From positions 544,001-608,000 of the forward strand of contig CAWCNY010000003.1 of the NCBI GenBank assembly GCA_963797095.1: a DNA stretch of 64,000 nt, written 5' to 3'. A program made the position numbers and the translations under genes. Under the pieces are notes generated by a model. It saw nothing but the letters and a program-made list of their open reading frames with translations, was not told the origin of the DNA and ran no database searches. Below, in pieces: positions 1-11,435 of this stretch (position 1 is the stretch's first letter; each line of letters begins with the position of its first letter). The stretch comes from an uncultured Chloroflexia bacterium (GTDB lineage Bacteria > Chloroflexota > Chloroflexia > QHBQ01 > JADMIH01).

Positions 1-1043
1 TGGAAAAACCACTCTACTTGGAGAGTAGCGCCAGTAGCAACCCGTATATTGACCCCTCTACCGCGCAAGCCAATATTCTTGAGGAATTGCTTCGCACGCG
101 GCAGTTCACACTTGCCATAGCGCAGCAAGCAAATATCCCAACGCCTGATGTCGCCGCTGAGGACAGTGTCATTGATCGAATTCAGCGTCAATTGTATGTA
201 GAGACTATAGGCGCACACCTGGTGCGCCTAAGTTGCACAGCCAACAAAGATAACCAATGCAAAGACATCATCACCCAGACTATAAATGTCTTTGTCAACG
301 AACTGAACGCGGATCATCAGCACCAGGCCGATGTAGCTTTGCAGTTATATGAGCAACAGCGTACCCAATATGAAGAACAGATGGTCAAGTCGCGAGATGC
401 ATACAATAAGTATCTTGCCCAGAATCCCAGTACTGGGTTCGACCCATCCGCGACTAATCCCACCCTGGTTGAGCTACAGCAACAATATATGACAGATAAA
501 GGCCGGTATGATGATATCGTAGCCAAGATTGACGATATTCAGATCCAGTCAACCGCAGACTCCGAAGCCAATAGTAGCTTTTTCCGAGTGATCGATCCAG
601 CCTCGGATGCTGAGCCATATAAGTTCTCCATGAAAGACTTGTTGAGAAATAGCCTTGTTGCTCTAGTAATGGCAATGCTTGCAATCGTAGCTATCACCCT
701 TGTTGCTACCTGGGCCGATCCAGCTGTCTATACTTTGAATGATATCAGCTCGCTTGTACTAGCTGAAGATGAATCCGCGCCCGAGTTGTTCGTCAGCATT
801 GTGCCCTACAATAAGGCCCTCGCGGCCATCAGGCGTCGAACCGACCAGGAGAGCAGAGCAAAGGCCAAAAGTATGAGCAAGAATGCCTCAGGCAGATCAG
901 GTGGCGAACCGATCACGGGCATTGACACCGCCAGGCTGGGGCCAAAGCCACCACAAACTAACGTGGCCGCCCCAACCGGGCCACTTGTGGGGCCGGTAGA
1001 CGTTGCGGCATCGTCACAGACTCGTCAACAAGGAGTTTCATAA
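1..1043 (+). CDS. Polysaccharide co-polymerase / chain-length determinant (Wzz/GumC-like), 5'-partial
   Basis: Frame open to window start; coiled-coil region, then FRVIDPA and a C-terminal TM helix; abuts CpsD/CapB-like gene. Confidence 0.8.
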   Translation, partial: EKPLYLESSASSNPYIDPSTAQANILEELLRTRQFTLAIAQQANIPTPDVAAEDSVIDRIQRQLYVETIGAHLVRLSCTANKDNQCKDIITQTINVFVNELNADHQHQADVALQLYEQQRTQYEEQMVKSRDAYNKYLAQNPSTGFDPSATNPTLVELQQQYMTDKGRYDDIVAKIDDIQIQSTADSEANSSFFRVIDPASDAEPYKFSMKDLLRNSLVALVMAMLAIVAITLVATWADPAVYTLNDISSLVLAEDESAPELFVSIVPYNKALAAIRRRTDQESRAKAKSMSKNASGRSGGEPITGIDTARLGPKPPQTNVAAPTGPLVGPVDVAASSQTRQQGVS

Positions 1044-1724
1044 ATGAACTTGGTAAAGGCCAGAAACCAGAGCAAAGCAGGTGATCCCGTGTTCACGCCT
1101 GAGTATCAGGCAATCTGTAGACCGATCTTTGTGCAAATGCAAAGCGAGATGTCACTAGGGAGCGCATTTGCCCTCGGGGTCACAAGTTCTTCGCGGGGAG
1201 ATGGACGTTCCACCCTGGCTCTTGGGCTTGCGGTGGCAGCCTCCAGCCAGATTGGTATTAATGGCCGGGTGCTGGTGGTCGATGCAGATATAGCGAACCC
1301 CACGCTGCATATTCGGTGCGGGCGTGCATTGGCTCCCGGCCTCAGTGAAGTAATGACTCAGCGCGTTCCCATGACCCAGGCCATAGTCGAGGTGATCCCC
1401 GGTGTTTGGGTGCTGCCGGGCGGCTCCAGCCCAACAAATGCCACCCGCCATCTGAAGAAACTCGAAGAACTAGCGCTCTTCGAGCAACTTGGCAAGCATT
1501 TCGACGTTGTCATTGTCGACCTGCCACCGGTACTAAGCCCGGAACTTGGTATGCTACCGTCACGTCTGGTTCCCAAACTGGTTGTGGTGGCGAGAGCAGG
1601 AGTTACGAAGAGGGATCAGTTGCAGAGCACGTTAGCGGTGTTCCCAACAGGCAGTGTTTCCGCTGTATTGCTGAACGAATACCGGGAGCGTACACCTGGC
1701 TGGATGAAGCGTTTCCTGCATTAA
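1044..1724 (+). CDS. CpsD/CapB-family tyrosine kinase domain protein (variant Walker A)
   Basis: GVTSSSRGDGRST, VLVVDAD, VIVDLPP motifs; follows Wzz-like gene. Confidence 0.85.
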   Translation: MNLVKARNQSKAGDPVFTPEYQAICRPIFVQMQSEMSLGSAFALGVTSSSRGDGRSTLALGLAVAASSQIGINGRVLVVDADIANPTLHIRCGRALAPGLSEVMTQRVPMTQAIVEVIPGVWVLPGGSSPTNATRHLKKLEELALFEQLGKHFDVVIVDLPPVLSPELGMLPSRLVPKLVVVARAGVTKRDQLQSTLAVFPTGSVSAVLLNEYRERTPGWMKRFLH

Positions 1725-2026
1725 CTTGTAACCGATAGTAGTCGCAGATAGGAACTTGTAGAACGTTCTTCCAATATGTAAGAATAGTCGCGGGCGTAGC
1801 GATACTCAAAATGATGGGTTGCGAATGACAAATACATCTGTCCTGGTAATAATACTGGTGATTGCGTGCCTTTGGTACACAGGCAGGCAATCTTCCAATG
1901 CCAAGGCGGGGAAAGCGGTAACTCTGCTCAACGCCCAAGTATATACCGCTCTACTTGCATTCGCGCTGATCCTAGCTTTTGTTTGGAGTTGAGGAGACAG
2001 TCATACTTCAAAATGTGAGGATCTTA

Positions 2027-3106
2027 ATGCAAGAGAAGAAGGTAGTGGTCATAGGAGGCGGAACCGGCACAGACATTACACTGGCCGGCCTGAAACGCTA
2101 TACCTCTCAACTGACGGCGTTAGTGTCGACATTCGATGCGAACTCGCGCAGCCGGGAGCAGGATAGCAATAACACAAGCGAAGGTGGCCCAGCGGCAGAT
2201 GACGTACGCAATAGCTTGCTAGCTCTTGGCGCTGATGCATCTACGACGCAAATCATGAGAAGTCTCTTTGCGTACCAGCTTGCACAATCTGCCGAACATG
2301 GTGGCCGCAGTTACACTCTTGGAAATTTGCTTATCTCAGCCCTCACCGACATTACTGGTGGTGCGGACCTCGCCCTGAAAGCAGCCGCGCGCGTGCTAAA
2401 TGTGCAGGGTCAGGTGCTGCCTCTGACATTACAGCCTTGCGCCCTTACCGCTCACTTGAATGATGGCACGGAAGTAACGATCGATTGCCCGGCAGACATG
2501 ATCGCAGCCGCAGCAGGAATAGGGTTGCGTCATATTAGTCTGGCTGAACATGCCCAAGCACTCGAAGCAGCACTGGATGCGATACGAAGCGCCGATATTA
2601 TTGTGCTTGGGCCGGCGGACTTTTACTTCAATTTGCTGGCACCCTTGCAGCTGGAAGGGGTCATCGAGGCATTAGCTGCATCGAGAGCAGTCAAGATATT
2701 CGTCTGCAACATTCTGACGCAGCCGCATACCACAGATGGTTGGCCTGCTTCGCGATTTATGCGTGTAATGCTTGAAAATATGGGGGGAGCAGGCACGTTG
2801 GATTATGTAATCGTGAACAGCACCTCCCTGGCTCTTGATGCTCTCGCCATCAAGGCAGCGAACGGCTATTTCCCGGTACGGCTTGATCTTGAAGAATGTC
2901 TTTCTCTTGGATTAGATGTGATTGTACGGCCTGTTGCCTCCCCGGATACCCTCCAACACGATCCGGAGAAACTGGTGCGAACGATCCTCTTCCTGGGAGG
3001 TTGGCGGTCCGCACGCCGCTCTGAGAAGCAGGGCATCTTTGGCAACGATCAATTCGAAGCTAAATCGGCAATAAACACCTTTACTCGTAGCGAAGCTATG
3101 TCATAG
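2027..3106 (+). CDS. YvcK/GlmR (CofD-like, UPF0052) family protein, divergent
   Basis: VVVIGGGTG, TLGNLLISAL, ADIIVLGP, HDPEKL motifs; ATG 2027 after GAGGA (ORF track start 1979). Confidence 0.8.
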   Translation: MQEKKVVVIGGGTGTDITLAGLKRYTSQLTALVSTFDANSRSREQDSNNTSEGGPAADDVRNSLLALGADASTTQIMRSLFAYQLAQSAEHGGRSYTLGNLLISALTDITGGADLALKAAARVLNVQGQVLPLTLQPCALTAHLNDGTEVTIDCPADMIAAAAGIGLRHISLAEHAQALEAALDAIRSADIIVLGPADFYFNLLAPLQLEGVIEALAASRAVKIFVCNILTQPHTTDGWPASRFMRVMLENMGGAGTLDYVIVNSTSLALDALAIKAANGYFPVRLDLEECLSLGLDVIVRPVASPDTLQHDPEKLVRTILFLGGWRSARRSEKQGIFGNDQFEAKSAINTFTRSEAMS

Positions 3107-3158
3107 AAGATTGCACCGCCGGGACGTGGCATTAAAGTAGAGAGGATCAACCCAAGAA

Positions 3159-5060
3159 TTGTTCCGGTCCAGTAATATCAAGCGACTTATCATCCCGTTT
3201 GCGGCGCTAATGGTGCTAGGGGGCTGCATGGACCCAAATGTCCCTGCCGATCTAACCCCAAGCCCTGTTCCCACATCTCAGCTGCTCAATACGGCTACGC
3301 CTCCCAATACTCTCTCAGTTGCAACTGCGCCTCCATCCGTGGTAGTTGTTCCAACCCCCGAAGAGCAGACCCAGTCACCGGATCCGCCAAGTCCAACATC
3401 AATACCGCCAACATCAACGGCAGACACATCAGATGCTGACGATCCGACCAAGCTTGCCGTCGAAGTCAACGTCAATGCTTCCATCCGCCATCCGATCAGT
3501 CCCTGGATATATGGCCTGGCCGATAGCACATCCGATCATGAGGAGCAGTTACAATGGTTGGGGGCATCTCTTGTGCGTTGGGGAGGTAATGCACGTAGCA
3601 GGCACAATTGGGAAGTAAACGCTTCAAATGCAGGTTCGGATTGGGAATTTCGTAACGTGAGCCAGGGCGACAGCGTGCCGGGTAGCGCATCTTTGCTTTT
3701 CATGCAGCGCAACGAGCGTTTGGGTGCGCTGAGCCTGCTGACGATACCTACCATCGGCTGGGTAGCCAAAGACGGCGACAACGACAGCCAATCGATCAAC
3801 GTGCCTGAACACGGTGGACCTGCCGTATCGCCAGGCTCGGATACAGCGTTCACGAGTTTCAGCAACGGCAGTTGGTCACAGCCTTATGATCCTTCTGATA
3901 ACCGGGCGAGAACCAGCATCCAATCGCTGCCAAGCAAGAACGGGCCATACACTTACCCTCCCGATCTTACCGATGGGAAGGTTTACCAGGATGAATGGGT
4001 TGCGTATTTGCGCAGCCAGCGGCCAGAAGATGCGCTCCCCACGATATATGCAATGGATAACGAGCCTGAGCTTTGGTCCGACGACACGCACGTCGATGTA
4101 CATCCGGTTCGCCTGGGATTCGATGATCAATTGTCCAATTTCCTGACCTATGCCAGGGCTGTTAAGCATGCCGATCCGGACGGATTGGTAGCGGGACCTG
4201 AAAGCTGGGGAGTCACCGCCTATCTGCACTCAGCTCTAGATGATGGAGGCGACGGCTACCAGACATCCGCCGACACTGCCGCTCATGGAGGCATCCCCTG
4301 GTTGCAATGGTTCCTGAGAGCTGTGCGCGAGGACGATGAAGCACAGGGCAGTCGATCCCTGGATATACTAGATGTTCACTATTACCCACAAACAGGGGTT
4401 TCTTATGGTGATAATTCGCCGGATATGCAGGATAAGAGAATGCAAGCCCCGCGCTCACTCTGGGACACCACTTATATTGAACCCAGCTGGGTAGCGAGAA
4501 CCGAATGGCCCAACCTGGCGCTTATTCGCAGGTTGCAGAGGCTAATTGAGCAGAACTATCCCGGAACAAAGATTGGCATCAGCGAGTGGAACTTCGGAGG
4601 TGAGGACGACATTAGCGGCGCAATAGCCATAGCTGACACTTTGGGCATTTTCGGCAGGGAGAATGTCTATTCGGCTGCATGCTGGTGTCTCCCCCAGGAG
4701 AATACCCCGGCGGGTTGGGCATTTCGACTCTATCGCAATTACGACGGCAACGGCTCGACTTTTGGCACCGAGTCGGTAGCGGTCGACAGCACCAATACGA
4801 CAGAGTTCAGCGCATACGCCGCCACAACAGAGGATAATGGAAAGCTAACCGTGATGCTGATCAACAAGAATCGTGACAAGAGCGCAAGCGTTACGATCAA
4901 CACCCAAGACTTCACGCCCGGTGCAAACTCGATGGAGTACGGTTATGGCCCGGGCGATCTGGGTGAGATAGCCGGCAAGGCGTTAACCTCAGCCAGTTCA
5001 GAACCAATCAGAGTAACCATGCCACCCATGTCTATCAAGTTGCTGGTTTTCGATAACTAG
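3159..5060 (+). CDS. Glycoside hydrolase family 44 lipoprotein (endoglucanase-like)
   Basis: Lipobox-like LGGC, P/T linker, RWGGN..R.NW, MDNEP, LDVHYYPQ, GISEWN. Confidence 0.85.
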   Translation: MFRSSNIKRLIIPFAALMVLGGCMDPNVPADLTPSPVPTSQLLNTATPPNTLSVATAPPSVVVVPTPEEQTQSPDPPSPTSIPPTSTADTSDADDPTKLAVEVNVNASIRHPISPWIYGLADSTSDHEEQLQWLGASLVRWGGNARSRHNWEVNASNAGSDWEFRNVSQGDSVPGSASLLFMQRNERLGALSLLTIPTIGWVAKDGDNDSQSINVPEHGGPAVSPGSDTAFTSFSNGSWSQPYDPSDNRARTSIQSLPSKNGPYTYPPDLTDGKVYQDEWVAYLRSQRPEDALPTIYAMDNEPELWSDDTHVDVHPVRLGFDDQLSNFLTYARAVKHADPDGLVAGPESWGVTAYLHSALDDGGDGYQTSADTAAHGGIPWLQWFLRAVREDDEAQGSRSLDILDVHYYPQTGVSYGDNSPDMQDKRMQAPRSLWDTTYIEPSWVARTEWPNLALIRRLQRLIEQNYPGTKIGISEWNFGGEDDISGAIAIADTLGIFGRENVYSAACWCLPQENTPAGWAFRLYRNYDGNGSTFGTESVAVDSTNTTEFSAYAATTEDNGKLTVMLINKNRDKSASVTINTQDFTPGANSMEYGYGPGDLGEIAGKALTSASSEPIRVTMPPMSIKLLVFDN

Positions 5061-5393
5061 TCGGATTTTTGTGGTCCTACTTCTATAAAGCGACCAAAGT
5101 TATAATCTAAGTTTGTACAAACCGTAAGACAAAGATACGGTCAGTAGTCTTGAAACTTCCAAACCATACCCTTATAATACTTACCAATAATCGTTTCTGG
5201 AAGCTCCGGTCCTGGATCCCTGGGCCAACTCAGCGACTTCTATTTCGTAGCGGTGTGGCTCCCCTCTTCTTTTCCTAGTGATCGAGCCAATCGTTACTCT
5301 TCCTTGCTCAAGTGCTACACATTGAGTGTCGCGCCCCTTCCCTGGCTCGGATTGTCTCGAACACGGCGGACAAAGTCGATATTGGAGTCGTAG

Positions 5394-6626
5394 ATGAAGT
5401 CCTTTTTACCCTCGCTGGATAAGGTCAGGAGTTATAGAGAAAAGCCTGTTCACGTTTTCACTTCGGCGCAATTTCACGCCGAAAAGATCACCACTATTGA
5501 GCAGCTACGCAAGCTTGAGCACGATTGGAACACCCTGCATCGAGAGTCCAGCAATACCCTGCCATTTACAACCTATACATGGGCTTATCATTGGTGGCGA
5601 CACTTTCATGAAGAAAGGCTGGTGGTTAGAGACTCGCTTTCGATTCTGGTTGTCCGTAATAGCGTTGGTAAAGCCATAGCTATTGCTCCGATGATGACCA
5701 CAGCATATCCGGCATTCGGACCATTGCAGCTGAGATTCCTGCAATTCCTTGGTGCTGATCCGCAAATCACGGAGGTACGTGGGCCACTTTTGCACCCCGA
5801 TTTTGAGGGGCCTGCATTACGTTGCATAGTCTATGCCCTCGAGTCATCCTTTCACGGGTGGAATTGGATTAGGTGGACTGGTGTACGTGCGGATAGCAAA
5901 GCATCTGAAGTCCTCGAGCAAGCATACGGGAAGGAAGCCTCCACAAATGGGGTATGCGAATATGTACTGCCGTTGGCATCATCATGGGAAGAGTTCCGCA
6001 TGAGTTGCAAGCGCAATATTCGCGAGTCCTTACGAAAATGCTACAACTCACTTGCACGGGATGGATACGAGTACACCTTCAATGTTGCCGAAACACCTGA
6101 CGAGGTTAAGGCAATGCTGGAGCAATTCTTTTTGCTCCACAGGAAGAGATCTCAAGAACCACGGCCCGTTCGTCACCCAGACTACTTCCGCAACGCTCAA
6201 TCTCGTGCATTCCTGCGCGATGTGTGTAAGGATCTCGCAAAAAGCTGCTGCGTGAAAGTCTTTACCCTATCAGTAGGGGATAAAGTGGTAGCAGCCAGAG
6301 TAGGGTTCATCCTGAACAACTCCCTATATTTATATTACTCAGGGTATGATCCAGAGTGGGGTAAGTACAGTGTAATGACTACAACAGTCGCTGAAGCCAT
6401 CAAGTATGCGATTGCTCATGGGCTTCGAACTGTTGGCCTCTCCACAGGCAAGGATGTATCGAAAACTCGCTGGGGTCCTAATGAAGTTGCCTACAAACGG
6501 TACCTTCTGACTGCACCGTCAACTAAAGCGCAGCTAGCTTATAGTGCTTACTCCCATTTACAGCAGGTACGAACACAGCAGATGATGCAGCGCCTGGCCG
6601 GATGGCTGTTGCGGCGTTCCGAGTAG
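5394..6626 (+). CDS. GNAT acetyltransferase, CelD/BcsL type
   Basis: PFTTYTW, YLYYSGYDPEWGKYSV, G...K.RW pattern. Confidence 0.8.
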   Translation: MKSFLPSLDKVRSYREKPVHVFTSAQFHAEKITTIEQLRKLEHDWNTLHRESSNTLPFTTYTWAYHWWRHFHEERLVVRDSLSILVVRNSVGKAIAIAPMMTTAYPAFGPLQLRFLQFLGADPQITEVRGPLLHPDFEGPALRCIVYALESSFHGWNWIRWTGVRADSKASEVLEQAYGKEASTNGVCEYVLPLASSWEEFRMSCKRNIRESLRKCYNSLARDGYEYTFNVAETPDEVKAMLEQFFLLHRKRSQEPRPVRHPDYFRNAQSRAFLRDVCKDLAKSCCVKVFTLSVGDKVVAARVGFILNNSLYLYYSGYDPEWGKYSVMTTTVAEAIKYAIAHGLRTVGLSTGKDVSKTRWGPNEVAYKRYLLTAPSTKAQLAYSAYSHLQQVRTQQMMQRLAGWLLRRSE

Positions 6627-6911
6627 GACAGAAGCCAGGCCAAAGATCCCGTACCCAATACTCCCCTAGAAAGCTGAATCAAACCATATCAAGAAGGACT
6701 GTAAGCTATAGCTTATCAGTTCCCGGTCGGGTTAAGGGAAGTTCGCGGTCTGCAATATGAGTTCTGTATAGATCGTAAGATATCGCGGTTGCGTTATTCT
6801 TATCGTGTTAAAGAAGTGCTCATATAATGATAGAGGTAAAGGTTCCCATCACACTCTTTTGGCCTGGGTTGGAATTCCCTGCCCGGGCAAATTAGGTCCA
6901 GGAGGCTGGTA

Positions 6912-8378
6912 ATGGCCGCAGCAAAAGTGGTCTGGCAGGTCATCTGCCCTACCTGCAGCAATGGCGCTCCGCAGGGTTCCCCGTATTGCGATAAATGCGG
7001 GACATCGCTGAGCAACATACCCGCGGTGCAGATCGAATCAAAGACAATGCAGATAGCCACTCCGGACCACGTGCTAAAGAAGTTTCTGAACGAAGAGCAA
7101 GATCCGGCACTGGTTCGTCAGATATATGAGAAAGCTTTGCAGATCATGGTGGAAGGCGAAGAGATTGAATATATCGCCACCGCAAACAAGACTATGGTAG
7201 GTATCTCGTTTGATTGCGTGGTCGCTACCAATAGACGATTGATAGACTACAAGAAGAAAATGCTTGGCAAGGTAGCCCTCGATGACTGCTTCTGGCGAGA
7301 TGTGCGAGAAGTCGAGATGAAAGAGGCACGCCAGGGTGTATCGCTCATGGTAGAAACGATCCAGGGCTGGCGTCTGACCGTGGAATCGCTGCCCAGGGCG
7401 CAGGCGTGGCGGTTATATGAGGTAGGAGCGGAATACAATCCGAAGCTCCAGGCGAGGCTGCACGACATGCTGGGGGCTGCCAGTGCCCAGCAAATCGATC
7501 ACGCCTCGGTGGACCACGCAACAGCCGTGCCTGTTCACCCATACGGAGAATTCGACCATGCCGGCACGGAGCACCATAACGTACCATGGGCTGGCCCAGT
7601 TAGCGATCATTTGGGCGGCGCACGGCCCGCAGACCCAGCTTCGACCGGACCATTGCCGTTGATCATGCCACCATCGACTGAGTCTTTTCCCGTGCAGGGG
7701 TGGCAGGCTGCGCCTGCTATGAGTGCAGAACCGCCCCACTATCTCCCGGAGAACATCAGTTTTGAGCAGCCTTCAATGCCCAGTCTCGATGATTTGTTCT
7801 CTCCGTTGATGGAGAAGGAGCTATCAAACTCAAGCCATCAAGAAGAGCAGCCTACGCACAATCCTACTCCGATGGCTCAGGCAGAGCAAGGATCAATACT
7901 GTTCGACGTGCCGGTAGGAGAACAATCCCATAACAATGAAATTGTTCCTGCACATGTAGCCAGCTATCAGTCGGCGACGAAACCCTCGCCAGTTGCGAGC
8001 ACGTCAAACGGCTCAAATGGCAACGGCTCAAATGGCAACGGCTCAAATGGCAATGGTAAGGGTATTGGCGCGCTCCAGCTGCCCCGGATGAATGGCCTGC
8101 TAACGCCGGAAGTCTCAGAAACTCCACATGTGGATTTGCCTAGAGCTCTACCACAGACAATGCAACCGGATATCCGGAGCACACATGAATCCCGGCAAAC
8201 GGAAACAGCCAACCAACACCTTCATTCCAATACGACTTCAGAAGAGCATCAGAAAGTGCCAACAAAGAACGAAAGTCCAATGCGGAAGTTGAGGCAATTA
8301 AAGCGTATGTTGGACGCAGGGCTGATCACTCAAGAGGACTATGAGGTCAAGAAAACCGACATATTGTCGCGAATATAG
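6912..8378 (+). CDS. Zinc-ribbon / bacterial PH domain / SHOCT domain protein
   Basis: CPTC..CDKCG, VVATNRRLI, long disordered linker, C-terminal LKRMLDAGLITQEDYEVKK. Confidence 0.7.
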   Translation: MAAAKVVWQVICPTCSNGAPQGSPYCDKCGTSLSNIPAVQIESKTMQIATPDHVLKKFLNEEQDPALVRQIYEKALQIMVEGEEIEYIATANKTMVGISFDCVVATNRRLIDYKKKMLGKVALDDCFWRDVREVEMKEARQGVSLMVETIQGWRLTVESLPRAQAWRLYEVGAEYNPKLQARLHDMLGAASAQQIDHASVDHATAVPVHPYGEFDHAGTEHHNVPWAGPVSDHLGGARPADPASTGPLPLIMPPSTESFPVQGWQAAPAMSAEPPHYLPENISFEQPSMPSLDDLFSPLMEKELSNSSHQEEQPTHNPTPMAQAEQGSILFDVPVGEQSHNNEIVPAHVASYQSATKPSPVASTSNGSNGNGSNGNGSNGNGKGIGALQLPRMNGLLTPEVSETPHVDLPRALPQTMQPDIRSTHESRQTETANQHLHSNTTSEEHQKVPTKNESPMRKLRQLKRMLDAGLITQEDYEVKKTDILSRI

Positions 8379-10246
8379 ATGTTACATGAGGTAATAAACC
8401 TGAGTATCAGCACAACAATTCAGAGGGGCGGCGTTTCTGTAGCGGAGATACAAAGAGGGCGGCGGTCGACAGGTATACCTGTCACCTTACTTGTGCTTCT
8501 GTGTTTCGTAGGCTTAGGACTGCTCTTTACCTCGGCGGCTGACAATCCAGCAATCATTATTGCCCTTGGCGTAAGTTTGATCTTCGCTGTTTGCATAATA
8601 CGCTGGCCCGTTACCGGTACTTATATGGCCGTCGTTATGGCCATCCTGTTCGACACTCTCCCTTCGGCATACGCTCATACATTCTTCTCGGATCTGGGTG
8701 TCTTTCGCAATCTCAGCTATGTCGGACTGCCGGAAGGCGTTGTCGTCAGTCTGTTTGAGTTGGTGGTGGTGCTGTCTTTGATTAGCGCACTCGTCCATCG
8801 CTTTCACAACCATATGAAGCTTGTGCAGGGACCACTTTTCTGGCCCATGGTACTTTTCGGAGTTATGGTCGTGGCCGGAGAGGCATCGGGAATCCTGTCT
8901 GGGAGGCGACTTCAAGATCTCACTTATGGGAAATTCGCGCCACTGATGTACCTGGTGGCGTTATATTTATTGGCCGTGAACACGATAAATGGAGCAGCGC
9001 AGATACGCACGTTGCTGTGGATCACAATCTTTGTATCAGCTATTCGTTGCGCGGAAGGCATGTGGCGATATTTCCAAATACCTGCAGCGACACGGGGCCA
9101 GGTTCCAACAGTTCTGGAGCATGAAGACTCTCTGTTTCCTGGTGATGCCTTTTGCATTGGCGCTGGTAGGGGTTCTATGGCGAAACTGGCTGCCCAGACA
9201 TATGCTATGGTGGCTTATAGCACTGATACCGGTCTGTTTTTACGTGATCCTAATCAATCACCGTCGCGCTGCCTTCCTCTGCATTTTCCTAAGTATTGCA
9301 AGTTGCTTGCCCATCATCTGGATCACCCTCAAGATCACAGCAGGAACGAAAGCGATTTCATTTATGCCTTGGTTGTAGCCGCCTTTCTTGGTGCCGCCTA
9401 CTTGGCGGCGTTTTGGAATAGTTCCAACGGCATTGCCGCTCCTGCACAATCAATCCGCTCAATGATTCAACCTGATGAGCGAGATTACCTTTCCAATCTT
9501 TACAGGGATGAGGAAAACACTCAACCTGAAATATACGATCAGCTTCAGCCCGATTACAGGCATTGGCTTCGGCAAGCCTATGCAGCTTATTACTCCCATG
9601 GTCGACCTGGAATTGGACTGGTCGTTACAACTTTACATGCCACACAATAATATGCTGTGGCTTTGGATGCGGATGGGCATTAGTGGGTTTTATTGAGTTT
9701 CTGGATGCTTTGCGGAGCAGGGATCCTGCTAATCGTCACAGCGTGAGAAAGCATTTGCACGATGGAGATTTCTCGAGTGGGAAGGGGACACAACTCTACC
9801 CGCCGACTCTTCGAGACAACAAAAGTAACAAGAAAAGGATCACAAAATTGGATCATCGGCATACATATCTGAACAGCAGTTACATCCAGCGAACCAGAGA
9901 TACAAGTACAAGGGACAGGCTCAAGAAATGGAGACAAGAGATGACAGAGTTTACCGAATTCATCATCTTCATCTTCCTGGCTCAAACAGTGTTGATATCA
10001 CTCATAGGCATCGCGATAGTAGATCAGGGCCTGATGAGTTTCCGGCTCGCCTCTTATGCAGGAGCAGTCCTGGGCACTTTGGCTTCTGCATGGCCTGCAT
10101 ATAGTGCATTCACAGCACCTCAAGCTCAAGGGGTAACCCCCCAAAAGGATCACCAAACTGGTAGCATCAAGCCCACGACGACGCGAGATACGCGTAATCG
10201 TGGGTGGCCAGTATTAGCTTTTAACTTACATAGCAGGCAACAATAG
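8379..10246 (+). pseudogene. Wzy-like polymerase / O-antigen ligase family membrane protein, multiply frameshifted (probably sequencing indels)
   Basis: TM segments continue across three frames; HRRAAF, GIGFGKP, PHNNMLWLWMRMG motifs. Confidence 0.75.
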
Positions 10247-10259
10247 GAAAGGAACAGGA

Positions 10260-11399
10260 ATGCTCAAGATTACCGAATACTCAGGTCTATACAAGAGCTT
10301 CTAGCAGTGAGCACCGAATGGAGCACGTCTACTTGATAAATGCGAAAATGCGTCCATCTTTGCCCAATGGGAATGGGCGGATGCTTACTTTAGGTTTGGC
10401 CCTTCCGGCAAACGACCCCTCATACTTGCGGCGTGGGATGATCGCGATACATTGGTCGGGTTACTGCCACTTTCAATAGCAACTCGGTTAGGTGCCTTGC
10501 GAACTTTTGAGGTATTAGGCTGTACTTCTTCAGGCTATCCAATCAGTGATTACGGAGGTCCTGTTGCAGTGCGCGGAATGGAAGGAACCGTATGGCAGGC
10601 AATGCTTGCACACCTTAACCAAAGTCCTTGGGCCATCATCGATTTGCGCAACTGCCCCCAAGGAAGTGATAGCGAAGAACGCCTAACCAATATCGCTAGC
10701 AGAGCTAAGCGTAATTCTGGCTGGACATTCAAAGTCCAGCCATCCGATGTATGCCGGGTTATTCCACTAGCCAATTCCTTCGATACTTATCTAGCTACAC
10801 TGAGTTCCAACGCCCGCCAGAATCTGCGACGCAAGTTGCGCAAACTAAAAGAAGCTGGATACTCATTAGAACAAGTGCCTTTACAGGATGCAACGGCCCG
10901 CGCAGAAGCAGTTGATGCGCTCATCGCACTCCACCGACAAAGATGGGCTATGTATGAAGGAGGGGGCTTCCCCGATGAGAGGTCTTGTACACTCCACAAA
11001 TATCTTATCGAGAAGCTGACTGTCAATGGACATGTAGATATGCGTATTGCTCGTTCTTCTGAGGGGAAGATCGCAGGAGTTATCTATAATCTACGGCGTA
11101 ATGGCATTAGTTCCTTTTACTCAATTGGTGTTTCTCAGGATCCTGCATTATCCCATCTCAGCTTGGGAGTTTGTCTATTAGCAGACAGCATACGCGCCGC
11201 AATTGAAGGAGGTTACCATACCTTCGATCTATTGCGAGGGGATCATGATTACAAAGCGCATTTCGGTGGATATACCACCCACAATCTACGTGTGACAATA
11301 TATCGCTATGGCTGGCTGCAAAAGGCAGAAGAGATGCTGCGCGGACTGAAGCACGTAGTGCGGGATCGACAGACCATGCACGCAGCCCCACAACAATAA
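10260..11399 (+). CDS. GNAT acetyltransferase, CelD/BcsL type (5' end frameshifted; intact ORF from 10452)
   Basis: SIFAQWEW upstream in frame, SDY motif, FDLLRGDHDYK; ATG 10260 after AGGA. Confidence 0.75.
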
Positions 11400-11435
11400 C
11401 TAGCCCATCTCAGTTACCCAAAGAGGTAGTAAGAA

